Assembly: GCF_044704955.1 (NCBI RefSeq)
Contig: NC_091990.1
Span: 68,138,001 to 68,202,000, forward strand
DNA length: 64,000 bases
Reading direction: 5' to 3'
Source: Pristiophorus japonicus
Lineage: Eukaryota
Below, in pieces: positions 49,255 through 61,744 of the stretch (positions are counted from its first letter, which is position 1; the number at the start of each line of letters is the position of its first letter). The translations under genes and the position numbers were made by a program. The notes beneath the pieces are model-generated. The model had not been told where the DNA came from. It did no database searches and saw only the letters and a list, made by a program, of their open reading frames with translations.

Positions 49255-50527
49255 CACTCACATCGCAAACTCCGTTCCCCAGCCACCTACTCCATCCCTC
49301 TCCATAACCACTGTCTCAGGCTCCTCACAACCTTGGCATCCTATTTGATCCCGCGATGGGCTTCTGACTGAATATCTGTTCCATCACCCTGACCGTCGAC
49401 TTCCACCCGTGCCTCAGCTCATCTGCTGCTGAAACCCTTATCCATGCCTTTCTTACCTCTAGACTTCACGTTTCCAATACACTGATTGGCCTCCCATCTT
49501 AGACCTTCTTAAATTTCTGCTCATCCAAAGCTTTGCTGTCCATGTCCTAACTCGCACCAAGTCCCATTCACCATCACCCCTGTGCTCGCTGTTCATGTCC
49601 TAACTCGCACCAAGTCCCATTCACCATCACCCCTGTGCTCGCTGTTCATGTCCTAACTCGCACCAAGTCCCATTCACCATCATCCCTGTGCTCGCTGTTC
49701 ATGTCCTAACTTGCACCAAGTCCCATTCGCCATCACCCCCGTGCTCGCTGCCCGTATCCTAACCCGCACCAAGTCCCATTCACCATCACCTCTGTGCTCG
49801 CTGTTCATGTCCTAACTCGCACCAAGTCCCATTCACCATCACCCCTGTGCCCACTGCCCCATGTCCTAACCCGCACCAAGTCCCATTCACCATCACCTCT
49901 GTGCTCGCTGTTCATGTCCTAACTCGCACCAAGTCCCATTCACCATCACCCCTGTGCTCGCTGCCCGTGTCCTAACCTGCACCAAGTCCCATTCACCATC
50001 ACCCCTGTGCCCACTGCCCCATGTCCTAACCCGCACCAAGTCCCATTCACCATCACCCCTGTGCCCACTGCCCCATGTCCTAACTCACACCAAGTCCCAT
50101 TCACCATCATCCCTGTGCTCGCTGACCTACATTGGCTCCCAGACCAGCAACACCTCACTTTTAAAATTCTCATCCTTGTTTTCAAATCCCTCATGGCATC
50201 ACCCCTTCCTATCTCTGTAACCTCCTCCAGCCCTACAACCCTCTGAGATCTTTGCGTTCCTCCAATTCTGGCCTCCTGAACATCCCCGATTTTAATTGCT
50301 CCACCATTGGTGGCCGTGTTTCAATTGCCTAGGCCCTAAGCTCTGGAATTCTCTCTCTAAACCTCTCCGTCTCTCTACCTCTCTCTCCTCATTTAAGATG
50401 CTTTTTAAAACCAATGTCTTTAACCAAGGTTTTGACGTCTGTCCTAGGTTTGGTGTCAAATCCTGTTTAATAACACTCTGTGAAGCGCTTTGGGATATTC
50501 TACTACGTTAAAGATGCTATATAAATA
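49255..50527 (+). mobile_element. L2 LINE 3' fragment with internal tandem amplification
   Basis: ETLIHAFLTSRL, PVLADLHWLP, FKILILVFKSL, GPKLWNSL, L2 tail ending GCTATATAAAT. Confidence 0.88.
49541..50126. repeat. 53-54-bp minisatellite derived from L2 sequence, 11 copies
   Basis: Unit CATGTCCTAACTCGCACCAAGTCCCATTCACCATCACCCCTGTGCTCGCTGTT starting at 49541, 49594, 49647 ... 50074. Confidence 0.95.
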
Positions 50528-50705
50528 CATATATGTTTTAATATTTATTTGAGAGAGAAGTGCACTTTATATTTTAACTGGTTTATGCCAATTAGTAATG
50601 AACCTACACCAGTGGATGTCAAACAATGGAGGCAGTGATGCCTAAGGTTGTCGAATACCAGGTAGTATAATAAATGACTCATCTGCTTTACAGAATAACA
50701 ACACA

Positions 50706-51006
50706 ACTATTTTAAGTTGCACCTGTAAATCAGGGTTAAAGGGGGGCACTAAAACCGCCAAACTTAAACAAATTATACTTTAGATAGTAAACTTGAATCA
50801 AATTAAAATTTGGTTGCCGGGGGTGATGATGTACTCCAGTCCCTCCGGCGCCCACCTCTTGCGGAAGGCCATGAGCATACCGGTGGACACCGCGTGCTCC
50901 ATCTCCAGGGACACCCTGGCTCGGATGTAACCGCAAAAGAGAGGCAGGCAGTCGGGCTGAACAACCCCCTCGATCGCCTGCTGCCTGGACCGGCTGATGG
51001 CCAAGC
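50706..51006 (-). mobile_element. Tx1/L1-clade LINE 3' end
   Basis: LAISRSRQQAIEGVVQPDCLPLFCGYIRARVSLE..AFRKRWAP..QILI* resembles a Tx1 ORF2 C-terminus; TSD ATAACAACACA/ATAACAATACA (50695-50705, 51007-51017). Confidence 0.65.
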
Positions 51007-51645
51007 ATAACAATACATTGCTAATTAGTTTTATTTGATAACAGTAAACTTAACAAGCTGGTAAGCATCAAATAAGAGAATGGATTTGGAACTTTTATTT
51101 TCAGTCTGCAAGAAGTATTTTTCATATCACTTAAACAACAAAAGTTCACAGACATGAAGGAAGTTATTTTTGGCCAAATGGTGAAAACATGTTGATTAGA
51201 TGCAATTCTCCAAGAGGTGTATATGTGGCTGCACTCACCCACATGCACTGAAGGTGTGCAGTGCGCTGGCTGGGGGAACGTGCGCTGCACCTAATCCTGC
51301 CCGTGTTATCATTGCAGCCTCTCATGAACAATATCCACTTCATCCCCTGGAGCAAGTGCAAGCTGAGAAACAGCTACCTTGGCCCCCGGAGGAAGAGGAG
51401 GAGGAGAGTGAGGATGAATGCACTGCCTCAATGGCTACCACTGTCGCAGGAACCTGTTCATAGTCTGGCACCATGCGTAACTTACAGGCTAGATTATAAG
51501 TGATCCTGACAGTGGGACGCACCGGGCAGTCGTGTGCAACAGCCACACAGGATGGAAGGCACACCACAGGTGCCACCTTGCTGAGGGGGCTGCAGAGCAG
51601 ACAGGTGAGGACCTCACAGGGTCAAGCTTCATAGGAAGGCTCACG

Positions 51646-51718
51646 TTAACTCTGTTTCTCTCTCCACAGATGCTGCCTTACCCGCTGAGATTTCCAGCAT
51701 TTTCTGTTTTTATTTCAG
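51646..51718 (+). mobile_element. Penelope-type terminal repeat fragment (most of hammerhead core missing)
   Basis: ACGTTAACTCTGTTTCTCTCCACAGATGCTGCC..CCGCTGAG..TTTCCAGCATTTTCTGTTTTTAT, homologous to 41731-41802. Confidence 0.7.
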
Positions 51719-52830
51719 AAGAAAGCTGATGGGTGCAACATGCCAAATGCTTGGTGTAATGGAGAGTCTTCCTGAAAGTTTACGGGCCGTGGCTAGGGGC
51801 TTGGAGGAGTCCACCTCCACCTTGGCGTGTGGCTTGATGGAGTGCCTGGAACCCAGCCTGTCCACCACGGAGAGGCTGGCCAATCCAGCCAGTGACCTGT
51901 GGAGCCCGACATCATGCAGCGTCCAATGCAGTTATTGCAGCTTGCCTGGAACACCAACAGCTTGCCTGGAATGACAGAGTCCTGCTATTGAGCTCAAACA
52001 GCTTCTATTGCACTACTTCCATGGAACGGCAAGCTGCTGCAATGGAAGCTCAGGCAGTTGCCATGGTGGCTCTGGGCTCCTCGGTTGGAAGGGGCTTGCA
52101 CAGTGTCTCCAGACTGTCCTCCAGCAGATCACTGGGTGGGCTGAACAGAGATCCTGAGGTAGTGGTGTGGGAATCGTGGAGCAGGAACAACTGGCCTCTC
52201 TCTGGATGCCACAATTGCCTGTCACTGTGCCATTGCCCATGCCATTGTCCATCAGCCAGGTGGCCCAGACTGCTGAAGCCTATGTTGAGATGGTGCAGAT
52301 TGAGGCAGGGCCATCTGGGCACCTTCTCGCCCGAGTACAGCAGGACATGTCCTCACCGGTCAAGGCATCTAAACCTCTGCTTCAGAACCCCAATAGTCTG
52401 CGCAGTGATATTCCTGACAGCTGAGTGGCTCTCATTGTATGAGTGCTCAGCTGGCATTTGGGGGTTTCTTGGGGGAGTCATGAGCCATGGTATCAGAGGA
52501 TACCCTTTGTCACCTAGTGGCCAGTCATGTACATTGCATTGGGCCTCAAAGATCTGTGGGATGGATTACTGTCTCATTATAAACGCATTGTGGCAGCTCC
52601 CTGGATATCAAGCATGATGCGCTGCCGGTGGTCACAGATATTGAGGGAATGGAATCCCTTCCAGTTTCTCAACACCTCCCAGTTTAAATGAGGGTCTCGC
52701 ATGGCCATATGTGCAGTCAATGGCTCCAAGGATTGTAGAGAATTCCACAATCCTGCCAAATCCTAGAGCTCTTTGCCTCTAGTCTTCTCTGGCAATAGGT
52801 AACAATATATAGACATTCCTCAGCATATTA

Positions 52831-53263
52831 TTTTTATTCATTCACGGAATGTGGACATCGCTGGGAAGGCCAGCATTTATTGCCCATTCCTAACGACCCT
52901 TGAGAAGGTGGTGGTGAGCCGCCTTCTTGAATACAAGAGTGTCTCGCTGGGCCATGTCAGAGGGCAGTTAAGGGTCAACCACATTGCTGCGGGTCTGGAG
53001 TCACATATAGGCCAGACTGGGTAAGGGCGGCAGATTTCCTTCCCTAAAGGACATTAGTGAACCAGATGGGCGTTTAGGACAATTTCATGGCGGTTTCATT
53101 GTCACCATTACTGATACTAGCTTTTTTATTTATTCAGAGTTTTATTTAATTAATTGAATTTAAATTCCCCAGCTACTGTGGTGGGATTTGAACTCATGTC
53201 TCTGGATCAGTAGTCCAGACCTCTGCATTACTAGTCCAGTAACATCAACCACTATGTTACCAT
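52831..53263 (-). mobile_element. tRNA-headed SINE with LINE-derived 3' tail
   Basis: Reverse complement TGGTAACATAGTGGTT ... GAGTTCAAATCCCACC head; tail CAATAAATGCTGGCC..GAATGAATAAAAA. Confidence 0.7.
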
Positions 53264-55015
53264 GCCCATGTAGAGCTGCAGAGACCTCCCTTGTTCAGAA
53301 GTGTACAGAGGATTGTGATATGTGACTTATATCATTTGTGGCAGCCTGGAAGATTTCAGCAGCATAAAAGTTAAGTGCTACTGTGACCTTGACTGCCGCA
53401 GGCAAAACAGTTCTGGCTGTGCTGTAACGTCTGAGTCTTTGTTCCACAAGGCTACAGATCTCTGTAAGGATCTGCTTGGTAAAGTGCAGTCTCCTCACGC
53501 ACTGGTCTTGGGTCATGTGAATGTAGGAATAATGCTCTCTGCAGACCCTGGGTGGATAGGGCCTCCTGCTGAAAACCCTGGCGCTGTTCTGCCTGACCTC
53601 AGTTCCAATTCCTCATGCAGAGCAACGGGGACCCCTAGCATGATGCCCATGACCAAACACTCCCTTTCTTCTAGTGACTCCTCTAAGGTGTCCAATATGG
53701 TACAGTAGCACAACACTCACATTATTTGGGTGAAATTCTGGGAGAAATGCTGCTGAAGTTTTGACAGTGTCCCAGGAAGTGTCCCGATGTGACTCAAGTC
53801 CTTCTGAAGCGCAATGTAATCAGTCGATCTCAATTGAACATTGCTCGAACATTCGAACAATTCAAGTGAACATTGAAAGCTGAACATGGCTTTAAGTCGT
53901 GCTCAAAATCCTTAGCAATGACTCATTTATTCCTGTTCATCTAGTCGCTGTTAGGAGAGGTCGTTAAATGAGGTGTTACCCACCAAAATGGCGAGCAGTC
54001 AATTTAATTGTCAATCAGCCCCTCCAGGCAGCCGTTCTTAGTACACGCTTCAACTCCTTTACCAAGATGGCGTTTTGCGCTAAACGTGGGCTAAATGCAT
54101 TGTAGCTTAAGACCCCATCTTGGTCACCTCTTTAGCACCTTGAGTATCGGGGGGAAATTGCCCCTGAAAACTATTGTATCAGCACATGCTCTGTGTAGGG
54201 TGTTGCACTGGTTGCCGTGTTTGTTGTGTTTTTATTCTTGATCTGTAATGTCTGCTGAATTAGTAGATTGTGCTGAGTAATGGTTTATTCTGGCAAACCT
54301 CTGTAATGCCTTCCTGCCTGCCGTGACTCAGCATTGGGATTTCACACATGTGAACTGCATGGGTTTTATACAGACGATCAGTCTTTAGACCTGTGTCGAC
54401 TGGCATATCTATGGCTGTAATGTGAACTTTGTGGACGGTGCTGTGCAGAGCCATCGCAGGCTAACTTTAGTTTACAATGTACCTGCACACCCTCGACAGA
54501 AGGCTTGGGATAGCAGAGGGTTTAAAGCCATGTCAGCGAGTCTCTTCACAACACAGCTATGGAGGTGTTTCAGGACTAGTTGCAGCTGCTTTTTAGATGT
54601 GAGGAGGGTGTTACAACATGTAAATATATTAACTGCCTTTATCTGAGAATTTTTGTCCCTGTTCTATTGTGGAATTGCCGGAATTTGGAAATGAGAGTTC
54701 TGTGGTTTGAGTACAATAAATTTTGCTCCTTGTATCAAGAAAGAAATAATACTGAGATTTGCCTTATTCATTCTCGTGTACTGCTCTAATCTGCATCATT
54801 GGTCTTATTATCGATTCTAGCACCCACTTCTATCAGTTTGTTTATGCTCTTGGGATTGAAGCAAAATCTAGAAACGGAGACACAGGCTGGTGTTTCCGAG
54901 AGGGATTGTGTGGATCCAAAGTCCGACAATGATGTAGGAAAAGACTGGGGAATGAGGAGTGACCCAGCCTCAGAGAAGAAATAGAGGATCAGTGACCTGC
55001 TTTCTAAATCACCTT

Positions 55016-56532
55016 CTGAGTGTGAGGTGGATCATTGCAGTGAGCAAGATTGAGAAGAGGGTTGGCGCGATGACGCAGCTCTGCTTTACCCCGGTTCAGA
55101 TGTTGATTGGGTCTGTGGTGGATCCTTTGGTCAGGATCACGGCCTGCGTGTCTTTATGGAGCAGGAGGAGGATGGTGACCAACTTTTTGGAGCAGCCAAA
55201 ACGGAGGAGGACGCTCCATAGTCCCTCGCGGTTGACAGTGTCAAAGGCCTTTGTGAGGTCAAAGAAGGCCATGGACAAGGGTTGGTGCAGTTCCCTGCAT
55301 TTCTCTTGTATTTGCCACGCAGTGAAGATCATGTCCATTGTACCCCTTAGTGGACAGAATACGCATTGTGACTGTTGGAGGAGCTCCTCAGCCACAGGAA
55401 AAAGAAGGATTCTGGTGATGACTTTCCCAGTGGCTGATAACAGGGAGATTCCTTTGTAGTTGCTGCAGTCGGACTTGTCCCCTTTTTTAAAGATGGTCAT
55501 GATTACGGCATCTCAACAAGCTGGAGTGGAACTAAACTATAGAACCAATGGGAACCTGTTCAACCTTCGTCACCTCCAGGCTAGATCCAAGGTCATCCCA
55601 TCCTCTGTCATTGAATTACAGTACGTGGACGACACCTGCATCTGCATACATTCAGAGGCTGAACTCCAAGTCATAGTCAACATCTTCACCAAGGCATATG
55701 AAAGCATGGGCCTTACACTAAACGTCCATAAGACAAAGGTCCTTCACCAACCTGACCCTGCCACACAGCACTGCCCCCAGGTCATCAAAATCTATGTGAA
55801 CCATTTTCCATCATCGACGACGAGGTCCAACACTGTCTCCAGTGCGCCAGCGCAGCCTTCGGTCACCTGGCAAAGAAAGTGTTTGAAGACCAAGACTTTA
55901 AATCAGGGCTGTAGTGATACCTGCCCACCTATATGGCTCAGAAACATGGACCATATACAGTAGACACCTCAAAGCGCTGGAGAAATACCACCAACGCTGC
56001 CTCCACAAGATCCTGCAAATCCACTGGGAGGATTGACGCACCAGCGTTCGTGTCCTCGATCAGACCAACATCGAAACACTGACCACACTCGACCATTGGG
56101 CAGGCCACATCGTCCGCATGCCCGACATGAGACTCCCAAAGCAAGCGCTCTACTCGGAACTCCTACATGGCAAGCGAGCCCAAGGTGGACAGAGGAAGCG
56201 TTACAAGGACACCCTCAAAGCCTCCCTGATGAAGTGCAACATCCCCACTGACACCTGGGAATCCCTGGCCAAAGACCGCCCTAAGTGGAGGAAGAGCATC
56301 CGGGAGAGCGTTGAGCACCTCGAGTCTCGTCGCCGAGAGCATGCAAAAATCAAGCGCAGGCAGCGGAAGGAGCGTGTGGCAAACCAGTCCCACCCACCTT
56401 TCCTCCAACCACTGCCTGTCCCATCTGTGACTGAGACTCTAATTCCCATATTGGACTGTACAGCCCCCTGAGAACTCGCTTTTAGAGTGGACGCAAGTCT
56501 TCCTCGATTCCGAGGGACTGCCTATGATGATG
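55016..56532 (+). mobile_element. RTE-clade LINE with 5' inversion (55017-55514 inverted) and 10-bp TSD
   Basis: TSD AAATCACCTT (55006-55015) / AAATCACTTT (56533-56542); inverted RT part NYKGISLLS, FFDLTKAFDTV, GVKQSCVIAPTLF; forward part AGVELNYRT, QYVDD, WAGHIVRMPD; (TGA)n tail. Confidence 0.92.
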
Positions 56533-56906
56533 AAATCACTTTACGTTGCTATCTTGCGATTGTGATGTCATCTTTACATCACAATCGCAAGTGTAACATC
56601 ACTTGCTCCGATGTTACTTGCTTTTAACTCCTTCTCAAGGTCCTGCCTACACTCAATCATTCAGCTATTCACCAGCTCAAGACCAAACCCTTTACTATAA
56701 CATCATCTCTCCAGGAGAGTTTTTAATATGTCACTAATTGCTGGCATGCAATTTTAGTATCCCACCACAGGCAATTAAAAACAACATTCACATCTACTCT
56801 GAAAGATTTAGGTCCTTTGGAATAATAACTGCACCTACACTGCACTTCAGATAGAAGTAAAATTAATGAATGTGTTGTGTTAATATTCTGTTATTTCTGT
56901 CTCCTT

Positions 56907-58556
56907 GGCCCCAAGTTTCCACACGATTTGCTCCTGATTTTTAGGAGCAACTGGTGTAGAACGGAGTATCTTAGAAATCGGAATACTCGTCATTTAGTTT
57001 GCTCCAGTTCTAGTCAGTTAGAACAGTTTCACTTTGGAACAGAATTTTTTTTTCAAAAGGGGGCGTGTCTGGCCACTTACGCCTGTTTTCAAAGCTTCGT
57101 CAGTGAAAACTTACTCCAAACTAACTTAGAATGGAGTAAGTGAAGATTTTTGTACGCTCGAAAAAACCTTGTCTACACTTTAGAAAATCAGGCGTAGGTT
57201 ACAAATCAGGCGTAGGGAATGGTGGGGGGGGGCTTTAAAGGGAAGTTTACAAGCATTAAACACTTCAGTTTTACAAATAAAGAGCCATCATCAATAATAA
57301 ATGATAAATACATCAATAAATCAACCAATAAATCAATCAAAAAAATCAATAAATAAAACATTTTCTACTTACCGACTGCAGCACCGGGAGCCCTCCAACA
57401 ACGTGCTGGGATGCCCCCCGCCCCCCAGTGTGTCTCTGTCAGTGTCTCTATCTCTCTGTCTGTCTGTCTGTGTGTGTCTCCCATTCTCTATCTGTCAGTG
57501 TCTGTGTTTCTGACAGCGAGGGGAGGGGGAGGAGGGGGGTAGAGGGAGAGAGGGGGGGAGCAGAGGGAGGGAAGGGGGAGGGATGGGGGAGAAGGGGGAG
57601 GGTTGGGGAGGGATGGGGAGAAGGGGGAGGGGGGGAGAAGGGGGGGTGAGAAGGGGATAAAGGGGAGAAGGGGGAGAAAGGAGATGGGGGGGAAAGGAGA
57701 TGGGGGGAAGGAGATGGGGGGAGGAGATGGGGGGAAGGAGATGGGGGGAAGGAGATGGGGGGGGAAGGAGATGGGGGGAGGAGATGGGGGGGAAGGAGAT
57801 GGGGGGGAAGGAGATTGGTGGGGGGGGGGGAAAGGAGAAAGGGGAGGGAGGCTGAACGGGCCAGGCCCGAGACTTCAGATTTACAGGTAGGTGGCGTTGG
57901 GTCGGGTCGGTGGGGTGGTGGGAGGGAGGTCGGTTCGGTTCAGGTCAGGGGGAGGGAGGGAGAGGGAGGTCAGGTCGGGGAGAGGGAGGTCAGGTCGGAT
58001 CCAGTCCGGGGGCGGGGGCGGGGGGGAGCGCGAGTCGGGTCGGGTCGGGTCCGGGGGGGAGCGGGAGTCGGGTCAGGACCAGTCGGGGGGGGGGGGTGGT
58101 GGGGGGGAGCGGGAGTTGGGTCGGGTCCAGTCGGCGGGGGGGGGGAGCGGGTGTCGGGTCCGGTCCGGAGGCGGGGGGCGGGAAGCGGGAGTCGAGTCGG
58201 GTCGGGAGGAAGCAGGAGCTGGGCGTGGGAGGACCCTTATTCACTCAGCCCCAGTGAGGCCATTCGGCCAGGGCTAGGGGCTGCGTGCTTCGGGCCCCTC
58301 CCACACAGTTTCGGGCGCCTGGAGCTACTGCACTTGCGTGTCCACTATAGCGCGCATGTGCAGAGGTCCCGGCACTGTTTTCAGCGCAGCGACTTGGCTC
58401 CACCCCCTACAGCTCGTGCTGCGCTGCGCCAAGGGCCAGAGGACCTGCAGGGAGGTGGAGAATACGGAGGTTTTTTTTAGGCGCACTTTGTGGCGCGAAA
58501 AATGGGCGTCCAGGTCGGGACTGCGCCGTTCTAGGTGCGGCTCGAAACTTGGGCCC
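56907..58556. mobile_element. Non-autonomous Harbinger-like element, 1650 bp, with G-rich interior
   Basis: 13-bp TIR GGCCCCAAGTTTC / GAAACTTGGGCCC (12 of 13 match) and 3-bp TSD CTT on both sides. Confidence 0.85.
57515..58230 (+). repeat. G-rich low-complexity tract with (GGAGATGGGGGGGAA)n and GGTCG repeats
   Basis: Dozens of G3-G12 runs on the + strand. Confidence 0.9.
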
Positions 58557-58862
58557 CTTGAAAGGGTGTCTGGCAAACCTAGCAACACTGCTTTTTCTCC
58601 CCTCATCTCTTGAAGCTGCTGACTCTTAGCTGGGGTACAGTTCCATGGCCCAGCCATCCTCCAGTATCCAACCAAGGTGTGTGTGCCAAGACAATGAGTA
58701 TCGGCCGGGTATTCATCACTGCCAAACCACATCCTGTCCTCACAAGGTACCAATACACTTGTACTTTCCAATAGGAGTCACTGCATAGCGACTAGATTCA
58801 GGTGACATGGCTGCAGAGGTGTTACCAGCAGCCTGGATGCCCTACAGGAGACTATTATGATG

Positions 58863-59290
58863 TCTTCTTCTTAGGCAATCCCTCGTATCGAGGATGAGCC
58901 GCTTCCACACCAAAAAGGGATGAGTTCACAAGTGTTTCAATGAAGGATCTGATATTCCAGGTCCCGAACTACATGCTGTAGGGTGAAAGATGCCTGTGCG
59001 TGAATTTTCTTAATGTATGGTGGCTGTTGCACACCAGCCACCACACAGGCTTGACAGAGCTAGGTCTTGGTCCAGTGGCAAAGATTAACTAAGACGACTG
59101 GAGACCTGCTCTGCTGCATGGACCTAGTGCGCACACATAACGCAGTGGGCCCTCAGCTCTCCTGGCCCCCAGTCATTCACTGCACCTCCGCCCCGATAAT
59201 TCGCCGCACCTCTGCTGTACCTGGGCCCCACCGAAGTTCCTGCCCATGCTCCAATCAGCGACCTGGGTTTTGGTGATGTCATCCAGTCGC
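58863..59290 (-). mobile_element. RTE-tailed non-autonomous retroelement
   Basis: Reverse complement ends TCCTCGATACGAGGGATTGCCTAAGAAGAAGA, matching the RTE tail TCCTCGATTCCGAGGGACTGCCTATGATGA; no RT coding remnants seen. Confidence 0.6.
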
Positions 59291-59839
59291 CCTCCTGGAA
59301 CGGCTGCTGCTGTATCTTGATGTGGCTCCTCCTCTTATACCCCCGCATTGCGGCTCAGTTTCCTCATAGGTCGTGGTGCCTCGCTGGGTCCAGGGCCCCT
59401 GCTTCTCCTCTTGTATGCTAATAATATGATGTATGGCCTCCCCCACACCCTGCTCACTCCACAAACACCCAGACCATTCATAAAAGGGTCAAATGGAGCA
59501 ACACAGGAATGAGAATAACTCCCAACTCCCAATGACCCAGTGATGCAAAGACCCTCGAAATCCCCTGACCAGCCAAGCAGTAAGAACCATTACACTATCA
59601 TCCCCAATCTATGCACAACTATGCTGAAAACCCCACATATATCTGCAAGTGTCTAAGTATTTAGATCTCTATCTAGCTATATTCGAGATTGCCAAAAAAT
59701 CTCGAAGCAGAGACACAGGCTGGTGTTTGGAGGAGTGAAGGTGCACAGGCAGTTCACACAGTGTGGGATTGAATGTCCAGGGAGGCAGAAAGTGTGAACA
59801 AAATGAAGGGAATCATTTGTGACATCAGTGGTTGATACC

Positions 59840-60132
59840 AGAATTGCGAGGTTATACCTATCAGGAAAGAATAAGCAGGTTGGGTCTCCTTTCTCTTCAA
59901 GAAGGCTGAAGGGTGATCGAGTAGTCACAGAATCTTTCCGCTTATGGGGAAGAGCAAAACTAGAGGCCATCAATATGATAGGCACCAAGAAATCCAATCG
60001 GGAATTCAGAAAAAACATCTTTACCCAGAGAGTGGTGTGAATGTGGAACTCGCTGCCACAGGGAGTGGTTGAGGCGAATGGTATCGATGCATTTATGGGG
60101 AGGCTGGATAAGCATATAAGGGAGAAGGGACT
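59840..60132 (+). mobile_element. CR1 3' fragment
   Basis: RRLKGD, NREFRKNIFTQRVV; similar to 45760-46090. Confidence 0.8.
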
Positions 60133-61744
60133 AGAGCAGGGTGGGCAAAATACAGCCCTCCAGTCACTCTCTCCGACCCGCTGGACAGGACAAAAATAGA
60201 ACGCGAGCTGGAGCTGGAGCTGCCTAGTCACTTTCTCTTCTCGTGGGTCAGAGACGGTCCCGAACTGGAGCCGGGGAAAATACAGTAATACTCAATTTAG
60301 AAGTCGCAAAAGCGATTCCCCCCAACCTGATCTTAAAAGGATCTATTCTGCAATTCTGGGCCTCAATGGCGGGCATTGGTACCCAGAATGCACTTCGTAC
60401 TAGAATATGCCCTATCCATTTTGCAGTCAAGTCATGGCTGCTCATCGCCATGACTCGTGTACTGCGTCTTTCCTGTCCCAGTATCCAGAGTATGACAGCA
60501 AGGGGGGTTCCCCTTGCCGTCTCAGATACAGGAGTGGATCCTGGAGCAAAGGACTCCAGGTAATGGCACACGATTATAGATACTGCACATGCCCTCACTA
60601 CCTGTAAAGCAGCGTTTTTAACCTGCCATCATTTTTGTGGTCAATATTATTTGTGGCGAGATGGAGGACTTTTTATTTCACCCTTGCTCTAGCTGGGGGA
60701 CTGTGATCTGGGTTTGTTTCTGCTTGCTTTGGTCAGTGTTCGTGCTAATTGCTGAGTCTGGACTGAACCAGTTCGAGAATAGCCTTGTACAGAGGTAGCC
60801 ATGGAATCAGAAAAAATGCTGATAGAAATAAACAAGGAAGGATAAAAAAAAACTCGAATAAAACATAAACACCAACATGGCCTAGTTAAACTGAATAGCC
60901 TGTTTCTGCACTGTATATACTATACAATCCATGAATTGACCGGGAAATAACTGCTCAGTTTTGGTGAAGGTCACTGTCGAGGATATAAGGAGGTCATGTC
61001 CTGGCCAGTCAGGGAAAGCTGAGTAAGTCACATGGGACTGCCTCCTGCTCCATGACTGGAAATGATTTCACAGGTCACACGGACTAACTGGAATATATTC
61101 TGAAATAATACTGTGAGTGCGTGGGGGAGGTAGTTGAGGAATTGACTGCACTCTTTGCGATGGGTCAGTAGGCATTGGATTTATATTTCCCTGTGTCGTT
61201 TTCAAACTTCATGTTCCCGGTGGCACATATTGAAAATATTGGGTACCTGCTGTGCATGGTTTTTCAAAAATTTAGATGAATGTTTGGAAAAGTGTGAGCA
61301 GCGTGAAGCCAAATTTCCAGTATGTGCTACAGGAGAGCAAACCTCCCCCTTGGGCGGTGACGTTGGTAAATTATCGCTTTCATATTTGCCCCCATTTCGT
61401 GCTGAGATACAGTTCCTGCGCTACTTACCCAAGTCGCCAATCTTGATGTGAGTGTAATGAGTGAGTGTCGGCAAGATGTCCAGACCCCCGCTCCCCCCAA
61501 AAAAAGTCAAACTTACTCTGTCCTTAATCGACATAAACTTACTTTCGAGAAGGGAGTTGCTGGATAGCAATCAGGGGTAGGAAGCTGGGGGGATTTACAT
61601 ACATAGCAAACTAGGAAACAATTGCTCAGCACAAAAACAGCTCTGAATACACATGCAGATAAGGAGGCAGACTAAAATTGCAGCAGGATACAGGCTTGTC
61701 ATAATGTAAGATGCAGATTGACCCAGTGTTCCATCACTTTTCAT

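Larger units (their letters stand above)
51200..54165 (-). mobile_element. Decayed Harbinger transposon (transposase on -, Myb remnant on +) with nested insertions
   Basis: ILTEICSLV..VKVTVALNFYA..FQ..ISHISQ (53295-53516) and NWKGFHSLNICDHRQRIM (52577-52759); Myb-type remnant about 51230-52370; TIR-like GAAATTGCCCC at about 54155-54165. Confidence 0.75.

Noticed and set aside
57428-58480. Gly/Arg-rich protein ORFs
   Set aside because: Artefact of a G-rich low-complexity tract inside a MITE
60135-61740. Short ORFs as novel genes
   Set aside because: No recognisable domains or coherent splice structure; lengths are consistent with chance
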